DNA of 64,000 bases from Acutalibacteraceae bacterium (GCA_045647925.1 JAZRMY010000011.1:5151-69150), one strand, 5' to 3'. Shown: positions 23,329-31,595, counted from the stretch's first letter. Notes: a model not told the origin generated them from the sequence alone. A program made the numbers and translations.

Positions 23329-23479
23329 ATAAACCTCCCATTACCCGTTTTTCCGAATAATAGGAGGTAACAACCAGATATTACACGGCAGCGGGATGCG
23401 AATACCGAACCGCGAAAATCTTCGTCTGTGCGGCAACTCCCCGTCCGTACAGCACTTAACGCTCGGCATCCTACTCTGC
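23329..23479 (-). promoter_or_regulatory. THF riboswitch (THF-I class) with RBS-sequestering expression platform
   Basis: The minus-strand RNA GCAGAGUAGGAUGCCGAGCGUUAAGUGCUGUACGGACGGGGAGUUGCCGCACAGACGAAG...CGCAUCCCGCUGC closely parallels the Eubacterium siraeum THF aptamer (AGAGUAG, GCGUUAAGUG, ACGAAG, GCAUCCGCU). Downstream, ACCUCC(U)A can pair with UGGGAGGU, the RBS. Confidence 0.8.
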
Positions 23480-23492
23480 AATTGATGTTTTA

Positions 23493-23520
23493 ATTATATA
23501 TTAATTTGCGGCTTTGTCAA
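23493..23520 (-). promoter_or_regulatory. Sigma-A type promoter of the folT leader
   Basis: TTGACA-16 nt-TATAAT. It overlaps the stop codon of ogg. Confidence 0.65.
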
Positions 23521-24344
23521 CCAATTTTTGTATCTCTGGCATAGAAAAATATGTACTGCTGTGCAATACCGGCGTACTTTTGTGCATTTTCAGGCAATTC
23601 ACCGCTAAATAAAATTTCCATAGCCCGTTTTATCCAAACATCCTTTGGAAACGCTTCTATATGATGATGAGAAAACAATAAACAACAATCAGCAACCTTT
23701 GGGCCTACGCCCTTAATTTTCATAAGCTCGTTTCTTGCATCATCAAGCGGTATATCTTTTAATTTGCTTAAATTCACTTCGTTATTTGCAACTTTTTTTG
23801 CGGCGTCAAGCAGATATTTTGCCCTGAATCCACTTCTTAAAACCTGCAAATCATCAAGAGTAAGCCCTGCTAATTTTTCGGCAGTAGGGAAGGTGTAAAA
23901 ACCGTCCTTTTTATCGCCGAAATTTTCACAAAGCCTTTCTATGATACCCTTAATTCGCTTTATGTTGTTGTTTTGCGAAATAATAAATGAGCATAATGTT
24001 TCAAAGGGTTCTTGATTTAAAATTCGTATACCGTATGAATACTCACACGCTTTTTTCAGTGTTTCATCCTCGCTTAAAATTTCAACAATTTCGCTATAAT
24101 CACGGTTTAAATCGAAATAATTCTTCCAAATATTTGCATATTCGTCCTGTGTTGTGTTATAAAGCACAACAGTGCCGTCTTTAAGCTTTTCTAAAGCCAA
24201 ATACTTATTAAATGCAACGCCGCTCCAAACGCCGTTTTGGTCCATTTTCCAACGAAAAGCCTGACCGCAATCAAGCGTATGCGGAAGGTCGAATTCTTCA
24301 ATACCTTTTATATAAACGTTATTGTTTTTAAATTCAATATTCAT
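23517..24344 (-). CDS. ogg: 8-oxoguanine DNA glycosylase / HhH-GPD family N-glycosylase-lyase (Ogg type)
   Basis: LDCGQAFRW N-terminal motif, and HhH-GPD region IKGVGPKVADCCLLF...D. The ATG at 24344 has a GGAG RBS; the track start at 24353 is a GTG inside that RBS. Confidence 0.75.
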   Translation of the reverse strand: MNIEFKNNNVYIKGIEEFDLPHTLDCGQAFRWKMDQNGVWSGVAFNKYLALEKLKDGTVVLYNTTQDEYANIWKNYFDLNRDYSEIVEILSEDETLKKACEYSYGIRILNQEPFETLCSFIISQNNNIKRIKGIIERLCENFGDKKDGFYTFPTAEKLAGLTLDDLQVLRSGFRAKYLLDAAKKVANNEVNLSKLKDIPLDDARNELMKIKGVGPKVADCCLLFSHHHIEAFPKDVWIKRAMEILFSGELPENAQKYAGIAQQYIFFYARDTKIG

Positions 24345-24424
24345 TTTTATCACTCCGATATTTGCATTATACTTTTTTTGTGTTATAATAGCAATAAGAA
24401 AAATTATGAAAAGGAATTTTTGTT

Positions 24425-25120
24425 ATGCGTCAGGATATTTGTACAATACCAATTAGTGAGATTTTTGAAGTTAATGACGGTTGCCCGATTTGCAGAATGA
24501 GGGAGACGGTTGAAAAAAGAATTATCGAATACATTATGGGTGCCGCTATGATGGAGCCCGATATTCGAATTGAAACCAACCGTTTAGGCTTTTGTGAAAG
24601 ACATTTTGATATGATGTTGAATACTCGCGGAAGGCTTCAATTAGCTTTAATGCTTGAATCCCATGTTGCCGAAATCAATAAAAAGATTTTTGACAAAAAG
24701 CTTTTTAATTCCACTTCTAAAAAGGGAAATAATGCTCGTAAAATTTCGGATTCGTGCTTCGTGTGTGATAAAATTGAGTGGGGCTTTTCCCGTATGATTG
24801 ATACTATTTTCCGTTGCTACGAGGACGATAGGGAATTCAGAGAATTATTTAACGGTCAGCCTATGTTTTGCCTTAAGCATTATGAGTTATTATTGAATTC
24901 GCCTTCAAAAAAGATATTAAAAAGATACAGCAATGACTTTAATGAAAATTTAAGTAAAATTACAGGTAATTATGTTTCTGAACTACATAATGATTTACAA
25001 AAATATTGCTCTATGTACGATTACCGCTCAAGTGGCGGAAAGGGCGATTGGGGCAACAGTAAAAATTCGGTAGAACGAACTATTGCATTTTTAAACGGTA
25101 GAAGTTTTAGCGAAGAATAA
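24425..25120 (+). CDS. Cys-rich protein, DUF6062-like (two CxxC...CxxH modules)
   Basis: 231 aa. CPIC...CERH and CFVC...CLKH motifs suggest two zinc-binding modules. No TM segment. Confidence 0.6.
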   Translation: MRQDICTIPISEIFEVNDGCPICRMRETVEKRIIEYIMGAAMMEPDIRIETNRLGFCERHFDMMLNTRGRLQLALMLESHVAEINKKIFDKKLFNSTSKKGNNARKISDSCFVCDKIEWGFSRMIDTIFRCYEDDREFRELFNGQPMFCLKHYELLLNSPSKKILKRYSNDFNENLSKITGNYVSELHNDLQKYCSMYDYRSSGGKGDWGNSKNSVERTIAFLNGRSFSEE

Positions 25121-25284
25121 CTTTACATAATCTGTCGAAATTGCGCGAATGTTAATTACTAAACCCTTATTTTATGCGAGTTTTTCCACTTTTCCACCGA
25201 GTTTTCCACATTTTTATGTAAACTTGAATAAACCATCCAATATATGTTAATCCTATTACTAAATACAGTAAAAGGGGTAAAATT

Positions 25285-25557
25285 ATGGTAAAAGGTGTTA
25301 GTAAAACAATTATTGAGGTTAATAATACAGGCAGTAAATTTTTTGAAAAAATTGTATTTTATGTTACACCCGAATACGGAACCTTAAACGCCAAGCATTT
25401 AAAAAAAGCCGCTGCCGAGTTTGCTTATTGCTACAATAATTCCATAAACAAAAAACCGCTTAGAAAATATTATAAACGTAAAAAAATTATTACTTTTTTG
25501 AGCATTGGCATTACTTTATTAGGTGTGGTTGCAGCTTCGCTGATTTTTATTTTGTAA
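25285..25557 (+). CDS. Small hypothetical protein with C-terminal transmembrane anchor
   Basis: 90 aa. Basic stretch KKPLRKYYKRKK followed by the hydrophobic IITFLSIGITLLGVVAASLIFIL. AAAGGGG RBS. Confidence 0.5.
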   Translation: MVKGVSKTIIEVNNTGSKFFEKIVFYVTPEYGTLNAKHLKKAAAEFAYCYNNSINKKPLRKYYKRKKIITFLSIGITLLGVVAASLIFIL

Positions 25558-25570
25558 ATAAACTATTAAT

Positions 25571-25610
25571 AAATGCAAGATTAAGTTATTTTTCTTGCAT
25601 TTATTTTATT
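25571..25610 (+). terminator. Intrinsic terminator
   Basis: AAATGCAAG...CTTGCATTT stem followed by a T-rich tract. Confidence 0.55.
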
Positions 25611-25654
25611 TATGGAATATAATACATTGTATATTAATTTTGCAGGTGTTAAAA

Positions 25655-26383
25655 ATGAAAGATATTCTTAAAAAAAGTTTAAAAGTATTTTATTTAATGT
25701 TTGTTGTAAACATTATGTCTTTTTTTCTAATTATATCGTTTAGTGTTATTTCTGTTGTTGCTTTTACCGAGCAAATCGGTTATACCGCTTACGGAACTAT
25801 GGAGGGCAGTGAGGAACAGGTTAAGCTTTACGATTATTACTTTAAAGACGGCGAGGATACCAAAAAGGCAGAATACGAAGCAAAAGGTTATACTTTAAGT
25901 ACTCCGTCACTTCGCTCTAATCCCAGTAAAAAAGAAGACATTGCTACAAAAGCAGTTGCAGGTTCAATTTGTCTTTTAATGATGATTGCTATTTTACATA
26001 GCGAAATGTGGAAATTTGGCGATAAGGATAAAACCGCCGTTAAATATAAAGGGCAAAAGGAACTAATGCATAAAGGCTTTATTGTTGGCGCTATTGCTTC
26101 AATTCCGGCAGTAATTCTTTTAGTTGTATTTACTATTTTAAAATCAGGCTTTGCAAAAACGTTTCCATTATTGGTTTACAGTCTTTTAAATACATATTTG
26201 TTTGATTTTATTTATATTGTTGCAAATGGCGCAACAGCATTTGGCGATTTTGCTTGGTGGCAAATTTTGATTATTTTCTTAATGTTTACAATTATTCCAA
26301 TTTCCTGTGGAATATCATATACATTAGGTTATAAATCAATTTCAATTGGCGAAAAATTCGTTTACAAGAATAATAAAAAATAA
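25655..26383 (+). CDS. Polytopic membrane protein, unknown family
   Basis: The ATG at 25655 has an AGGTG RBS; the track start at 25595 overlaps the terminator. About 5 hydrophobic segments. Confidence 0.6.
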   Translation: MKDILKKSLKVFYLMFVVNIMSFFLIISFSVISVVAFTEQIGYTAYGTMEGSEEQVKLYDYYFKDGEDTKKAEYEAKGYTLSTPSLRSNPSKKEDIATKAVAGSICLLMMIAILHSEMWKFGDKDKTAVKYKGQKELMHKGFIVGAIASIPAVILLVVFTILKSGFAKTFPLLVYSLLNTYLFDFIYIVANGATAFGDFAWWQILIIFLMFTIIPISCGISYTLGYKSISIGEKFVYKNNKK

Positions 26384-26397
26384 GGATACGGTGTAAA

Positions 26398-27252
26398 ATG
26401 GCAGGTTTTTTTGGTTTATTTAATTACGATAAGGAAGGTCCCGGAATTTCTAAAAACGGACCCAAAAAGAAAACATTTATTGTGTTTTTTGAAACTTTTT
26501 TCAGAAATATTTGGAAATTCATTCCTATTAATATTGTTTACTCTTTAATTTCTGTTCCCGTGCTCACAAACGGTATTGCAAATGTAGGTTTAACTAATAT
26601 TGCAAGAAATACCGCAAGAGACAAGCATTCCTTCGGTCTTAGCGACTTTTTTGAAACTATTAAAAAGAACTTCAAGCAAGCATTAATCGCGGGAATTATT
26701 AATTTCTTTGCTTACGCTTTAATTTTCTTTGCCGCTTGGTTCTATTTTTCAAGTGAGGGAACCTTCGCTACAATCGGCCTTGGAATAACCTTTGCAATGT
26801 TCTTTATATTCACGGTAATGAATTTCTTCCTTTGGACACTTATTATTACCTTCGAATTCACTTTAAAGCAGGCGTATAAGAACAGCTTTAAATTTGTTTT
26901 CATTAATATGAAATATAACTTACTTTGTATATTGGTTAATCTTTTAATCATTGCAATTAACGTTGGTATTTTATTCATTACCCAAGGTTATTGGTTTATA
27001 GCGTTAGTAATTGAAGGCATAATTTTCCTTTTAACTTATCCTGCATTTAACGCGCTTTTAATTCAATTCTGTACCTTCCCGTCAATTAAAAAGTTTATAA
27101 TCGACCCGTACTATGCGCAACATCCTGATTTGGATATTGAAAAGCGCCGCAGCTTAGGTTTAGAGGTTGAAACCAAACCTAAAAAGACCGAAAAAACTGA
27201 AGACGGCGAAGAAGCAGACGAAGAGGATTCCGACGTAATTTTCGAAGATTGA
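26398..27252 (+). CDS. YesL-family (DUF624) membrane protein with acidic C-terminal tail
   Basis: The N-terminal region (FFETFFRNIWKF...VPVLTNGIANVGL...FFETIKKNFKQ) matches the DUF624 pattern. It starts 14 nt after the previous gene. Confidence 0.7.
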   Translation: MAGFFGLFNYDKEGPGISKNGPKKKTFIVFFETFFRNIWKFIPINIVYSLISVPVLTNGIANVGLTNIARNTARDKHSFGLSDFFETIKKNFKQALIAGIINFFAYALIFFAAWFYFSSEGTFATIGLGITFAMFFIFTVMNFFLWTLIITFEFTLKQAYKNSFKFVFINMKYNLLCILVNLLIIAINVGILFITQGYWFIALVIEGIIFLLTYPAFNALLIQFCTFPSIKKFIIDPYYAQHPDLDIEKRRSLGLEVETKPKKTEKTEDGEEADEEDSDVIFED

Positions 27253-27307
27253 TTTTTTTGAATTTTCAAGCATATAATTCCATATATGAGTTTTGGAGTG
27301 GTGTTAT

Positions 27308-27562
27308 ATGACTTGCAGAATTGCAGACCTTCGCAACAAGCAGGTAGTTTGTGTTAAAAGCGGAGAAATTTTAGGTTATGTTTCGGATGTTGAGTTTAAT
27401 ACCGCAAACGGTAGCCTTGAATCTATAATAATTTTTGGCAAACCAAAATTAATGGGGCTTTTCGGTAAATATGAAGACATTGTAATTCCTTGGTCTGATA
27501 TAGAGGTTATCGGGCAGGAAACAATTCTTGTTAAAAACGATTCGCCTAACTGTTTAAAATAA
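27308..27562 (+). CDS. ylmC: YlmC/YmxH-family sporulation protein (PRC-barrel)
   Basis: MTCRIADLRNKQVVCVKSGEILGYVSDVEF...IPWSDIEVIG is typical of YlmC/YmxH. GGAG RBS. Confidence 0.8.
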   Translation: MTCRIADLRNKQVVCVKSGEILGYVSDVEFNTANGSLESIIIFGKPKLMGLFGKYEDIVIPWSDIEVIGQETILVKNDSPNCLK

Positions 27563-27611
27563 AATTTTGTCAATATTAAAAAATCACTTTCTGTACAAAA
27601 TAGTATAGGAA

Positions 27612-28865
27612 GTGATTTTTTTGAAATTTATAAGAAGTTTAATAAAAATATTTTTCTTTATAACTACAATTTTCTGCACATTAATTTTTTCTGCCGTTAT
27701 ATATTTAAGCGGAAATATAAACGATAATTTTAAAATTAAAAAAGGCGAAACTTTAAATATTTCCTCGCCTTTACCGGTTACTGCAGTTTATAACGGGATA
27801 AAGCTTTCACAAATAAGTAACACCAAAACAATCGGAGAAGAATTTTCGGTTGATTTAAAGGCGTTCGGTATAATTCCTGTTTCACAGGTTAAGGTTGAGG
27901 TTGTTGACGAGCTGCACGTTGCAGTTCTTGGGACACCGTTTGGTATGAAAATTTACACCAAAGGGGTTTTGGTTACCGAAATCAGTGATGTAACTACCGC
28001 AAACGGTAATCAAAATATCGCTAAAAAAGCAGGTTTAAAGCAAGGTGATTATATCGTATCGGTTGACGGTAAAAAGGTCTACACAAACGAGGATTTAGTA
28101 AGCATCGTAGAAAACAGTTGCGGTAAAGAAATAAAGCTTGAAATTATGCGTAATGATACTAAAATTTATATTAATATTACTCCTGTAAAATCAACCGATA
28201 CCGATACTTACAAAATAGGTATTTGGGTAAAGGATAGCTCGGCAGGGGTTGGCACTCTGACTTTTTACAGTCCGTCAAATAATGTTGTATGCGGCCTTGG
28301 TCACGGCATTTGCGATAACGACACGGGCGACCTTTTAAAGCTTAATTCGGGCGAAATTGTTTCAGCTGAGATTTTATCAATCGAAAAAGGTAAGGTAGGA
28401 AGCCCCGGAAAATTAACGGGTAAGCTTAATTACAAAACCTTGGGCGATATTAATCTTAATTGTGAAATAGGTGTTTATTCGCTTTTAAAGGGCAATCTAA
28501 AGTTCAATAAATTAACTGAAATAGCGCTTAAGCAAGAGGTAAAGGATGGAAAAGCAGAAATATTATGCACAATTGATAGTAACCCGCCGCAAGTATATTC
28601 TTGTAATATTAAAGTTCGCAATTCAAACTACCATTCAAAAACTCAAAATTTACTTGTAACGATAACAGACCAACGTCTTTTACAAGCAACAGGCGGTATA
28701 GTGCAGGGAATGTCGGGAAGCCCTATAATCCAGAACGGAAAACTAATCGGCGCTGTTACGCACGTTTTAGTCGACGACCCAACCAAAGGCTACGGAATCT
28801 TTGCGGAGAATATGTTGGAAACAGCTCAAAGCGTGGCAAGTGAACAATTAAAAGAGGCATCATAA
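27612..28865 (+). CDS. spoIVB: SpoIVB peptidase (stage IV sporulation signalling serine protease, S55)
   Basis: 417 aa with an N-terminal TM, a PDZ region, catalytic GLGHGI and [20 protein letters not shown]. The start may instead be the TTG at 27621. Confidence 0.9.
   Translation: MIFLKFIRSLIKIFFFITTIFCTLIFSAVIYLSGNINDNFKIKKGETLNISSPLPVTAVYNGIKLSQISNTKTIGEEFSVDLKAFGIIPVSQVKVEVVDELHVAVLGTPFGMKIYTKGVLVTEISDVTTANGNQNIAKKAGLKQGDYIVSVDGKKVYTNEDLVSIVENSCGKEIKLEIMRNDTKIYINITPVKSTDTDTYKIGIWVKDSSAGVGTLTFYSPSNNVVCGLGHGICDNDTGDLLKLNSGEIVSAEILSIEKGKVGSPGKLTGKLNYKTLGDINLNCEIGVYSLLKGNLKFNKLTEIALKQEVKDGKAEILCTIDSNPPQVYSCNIKVRNSNYHSKTQNLLVTITDQRLLQATGGIVQGMSGSPIIQNGKLIGAVTHVLVDDPTKGYGIFAENMLETAQSVASEQLKEAS
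28711..28723 (+). repeat. Left copy of the 13-nt direct repeat TGTCGGGAAGCCC (inside spoIVB)
   Basis: An identical 13-mer recurs at 31596-31608. Similarity between the two spoIVB 3' regions begins exactly here. Confidence 0.6.
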
Positions 28866-28870
28866 CCTTA

Positions 28871-28994
28871 CCTTCCTCTGACGAGGAAGGGGTACCGCTT
28901 GCGGTGGAAGGAGAGAAAATTCAAAATCTCTCCCTCAGTCTTTTGCTTAGCAAAATCCAGCTCCCTCGTCAGAGGGAGCCTTTTTATGTTTTTT
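28871..28994 (+). other. Palindrome-rich structured element ending in an intrinsic terminator
   Basis: Five consecutive hairpins. The first (CCTTCCTC-TGAC-GAGGAAGG, 28871-28890) and last (GCTCCCTC-GTCA-GAGGGAGC, 28960-28979, followed by a T tract) are inverted copies of each other, with compensatory stem changes. Confidence 0.6.
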
Positions 28995-29015
28995 AAAATG
29001 TGTATATATTTATAA

Positions 29016-29044
29016 TTGAAAAAGATGTTTAATTGATATATAAT
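29016..29044 (+). promoter_or_regulatory. Sigma-A type promoter of the two-gene islet
   Basis: TTGAAA-17 nt-TATAAT, 25 nt upstream of the ATG at 29070. Confidence 0.55.
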
Positions 29045-29069
29045 ATAAAAAAGGGGTGCAAGGATTTTT

Positions 29070-30305
29070 ATGTTTAAAAGATTGTTGACATTTTTTGTTG
29101 TTATATTGATAGTATTTTCTTTTTCTATATCGGTTACTGCTGAAAGTACAAATACATATAAAGATTCTGTTACTGGAATTTCGTTCACTATTCCACAAGG
29201 TTGGAATGAAGCACCATTAAATGAGGAAAGAGAATATATTAAAGTTAAATATTTACCTGAAAATAACGACGGTGCATCAATTCAATTTGGTTATGCTGAT
29301 ATATGGGGACAAATGTCAGATAGTGATAAAGTCGGTTATTCACGTTCTGATTTTAATCATTCTGCAATAATGGAAAGCTTTACAAAAGAAGAAATACTAC
29401 AAATGATAGGCTATGATAGCTTTGGCGCTGAAATAGATACTGCATACTATAACGGAATTGAATATCTGGAAATAACTATTGATACAGAAATGTCGATTTT
29501 TGATGTTTCCGCCGATGTAACAATGATTACACTCTTGAGATTTGATAACGGATATTGGTATCAATTTGTTTACGGTGATATGGATGAAAAAAGTCACTAC
29601 CAAGAATTTGAAACAATGATTAATAGTCTAGAGTATCCATCTGTCACTAAAACAAGTAATGAAATCATAGATATTGATAGTGATGGTAATTTACAATTTA
29701 ATTTTTCAAATTTAATTTTAAGTTTAGTTATTACAATAGCCGTGTATTCCTTACCTATAATTATTTATAGATACGCAATAAAAAAACAACCATTGCCTGA
29801 AAAGAAAGCTAAAAAGATAACGATTATCTATGCCATTGTTGCTTTTTTCGTTATGGCAATTTTACTTGGCGGTGCACCTGGGGGAGCAATTATACTATGG
29901 AGTTTTGTTAATTACAAGGTTTTAACAACTTCAAATAAAAATGATATTGGCTTAAAATATGAAATATCTGATGATGAAATTAATCAAGAAACAGATTTTA
30001 AAAAAGTGACTGAGGAAAATATTGCCATTACCGAAAATAAAAATGAAGAAGATGAGATTTTTGTTGACGGATTTGAGGTAAAGGAACTTGAAGAATGTGC
30101 ATTAGAAAATGAATCTATATTACAATTGAATGAACCTGAAAAAGCGGATTATGAAGTTAAATCACCAATCCCACAAAAAGAGATATTCAATAACAAAGAA
30201 ACTCCAAAAGTTTTATTCTGCCGTAAATGTGGGACAAGACTTTTAGACGACAGTGATTTTTGTCACAAGTGTGGTTTAAGGGTTATAAAGGAGGATATTA
30301 AATGA
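29070..30305 (+). CDS. Membrane protein: signal peptide, ectodomain, TM region, acidic linker, C-terminal zinc ribbon
   Basis: 411 aa. N-terminal hydrophobic leader ending VTAES, hydrophobic segments around residues 215-285, and C-terminal CRKCG-x11-CHKCG. Confidence 0.7.
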   Translation: MFKRLLTFFVVILIVFSFSISVTAESTNTYKDSVTGISFTIPQGWNEAPLNEEREYIKVKYLPENNDGASIQFGYADIWGQMSDSDKVGYSRSDFNHSAIMESFTKEEILQMIGYDSFGAEIDTAYYNGIEYLEITIDTEMSIFDVSADVTMITLLRFDNGYWYQFVYGDMDEKSHYQEFETMINSLEYPSVTKTSNEIIDIDSDGNLQFNFSNLILSLVITIAVYSLPIIIYRYAIKKQPLPEKKAKKITIIYAIVAFFVMAILLGGAPGGAIILWSFVNYKVLTTSNKNDIGLKYEISDDEINQETDFKKVTEENIAITENKNEEDEIFVDGFEVKELEECALENESILQLNEPEKADYEVKSPIPQKEIFNNKETPKVLFCRKCGTRLLDDSDFCHKCGLRVIKEDIK

Positions 30306-31408
30306 TTTGCAAGCAGTGTAATAACAATGTGCCTAACGATAGTGAATATTGCCCGTTTTGTGGAAATGTTGTTGAAAAGGTAATTGTTGAAACAAATCCT
30401 GTTTCGGATGTAGATAAGGGATATACATATCTTGAATTAAAAGAATGGGAAAAAGCTAAAGAGATATTTGATTTTGCCATCGTGAATAATGATAATAAGG
30501 CAAAAGCGTATATTGGAAGATTATTAGCGAAACTTAAATTATCTGATTTAGTGAGTCTTTCTTCCGTAAATAAAAAACTTACTAAATTTGATGATTTTAA
30601 AATGGCTATTAAATATGCTGATGAAAATTATAAGCAACAACTTAAAAAGTGTTATTCTTTAGTTGAAGAGAAAATTAATCAAAAGAAAGCGAAATCTAAA
30701 ATAAGAGCAATTATATCTTCGATTTCTTGTGTATCATTGATTGTATTACTCGTACTGACTTATTTCGTTTTCATTCCGTTGGGAAGATTTTCATATTATA
30801 AAAACCTTTTATCTAATGGAAATATTGAAAAGGCGAGTAAATCATTTTCCAATAGCGAATGGTTTGAATTTAACGAAAAAGCGGAAGGACTTTTTTATAA
30901 TAAAGGTGTTTCTCTTGTAGAAAACAAAGATTATAAAAACGCAGAATTCTGCTTTGATATAACTAAAGATTTTAAAGATTCATATAATTATTATAATTAT
31001 TGCAAAGGTAATCGGTTACTATTAGAAAAAAACATAACTGCTTATACATATTTCTCTAATTGCAAGAATTTCTCTGATACAAAAAATTTAATTAAGGAAA
31101 CATCATGGCTTAATACTATTGAACTTTTACAAGGAACGTGGCATTTAGAATCATCAGAAAAAGAAACAAAAAGCCACTCTAATTCAAATAAAACAGACGA
31201 GAAAATAAAGGGTAGAGGCAGCGCACAAGCTATATATATTCCCATCTATACTATCGATGTTACAATAACATTTAATGGAATTGAAAAATTGAAACTTTTA
31301 GATAATGGGAAAATTGGTTATAAAGAATATTCTGACGAACATAGTGAAATTAAAATAATCAATGATTCTAAAATAGAAATTTTTGGTAACATATACAGTA
31401 AAGAATAA
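30302..31408 (+). CDS. Membrane protein: N-terminal zinc ribbon, helical-repeat region, single TM, C-terminal ectodomain
   Basis: 368 aa, with CKQC-x11-CPFCG at the N-terminus and the TM IISSISCVSLIVLLVLTYFVFIPL. ATGA stop/start overlap with the upstream gene. Confidence 0.7.
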   Translation: MICKQCNNNVPNDSEYCPFCGNVVEKVIVETNPVSDVDKGYTYLELKEWEKAKEIFDFAIVNNDNKAKAYIGRLLAKLKLSDLVSLSSVNKKLTKFDDFKMAIKYADENYKQQLKKCYSLVEEKINQKKAKSKIRAIISSISCVSLIVLLVLTYFVFIPLGRFSYYKNLLSNGNIEKASKSFSNSEWFEFNEKAEGLFYNKGVSLVENKDYKNAEFCFDITKDFKDSYNYYNYCKGNRLLLEKNITAYTYFSNCKNFSDTKNLIKETSWLNTIELLQGTWHLESSEKETKSHSNSNKTDEKIKGRGSAQAIYIPIYTIDVTITFNGIEKLKLLDNGKIGYKEYSDEHSEIKIINDSKIEIFGNIYSKE

Positions 31409-31495
31409 TACTTAAACAAGGGTTACGATTCTGCGTCTTAATTTGTTTGTCCTAAAATATAACGCATACCTTAAAATTTCAATTTCATATAATAC

Positions 31496-31528
31496 AAAGA
31501 AATCGTGCCTAACAGGCGCGGTTTCTTT
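31496..31528 (+). terminator. Long hairpin terminator-like structure after the islet genes
   Basis: AAAGAAATCGTGCC-TAACA-GGCGCGGTTTCTTT, a 14-bp stem including two G-U pairs. Confidence 0.5.
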
Positions 31529-31595
31529 GCGTTTAAGGGGGAAATTAGAAAATAATCGTTATAAAAACCATGTTGTATCCTGCTTGACATACTAG

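Noticed and set aside
28875-28920. Possible hammerhead ribozyme, because of CUGACGA followed later by GAAA
   Set aside because: The sequence between the two boxes does not form a stem II directly flanked by them. CUGACGA is also fully explained as the loop and stem of a perfect 8-bp local hairpin.
28868-29198. Two overlapping minus-strand ORFs (106 aa and 62 aa) between spoIVB and the first islet gene
   Set aside because: They run through the palindromic element, the terminator and the plus-strand promoter/RBS. They are low-complexity and AT-driven, and nothing resembling a start context precedes them.
28724-31595. Prophage, transposon or ICE interpretation of the islet
   Set aside because: The segment has no integrase, transposase, relaxase or phage structural gene, and only two cargo ORFs. 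I therefore describe it only as an insertion scar or non-autonomous islet.
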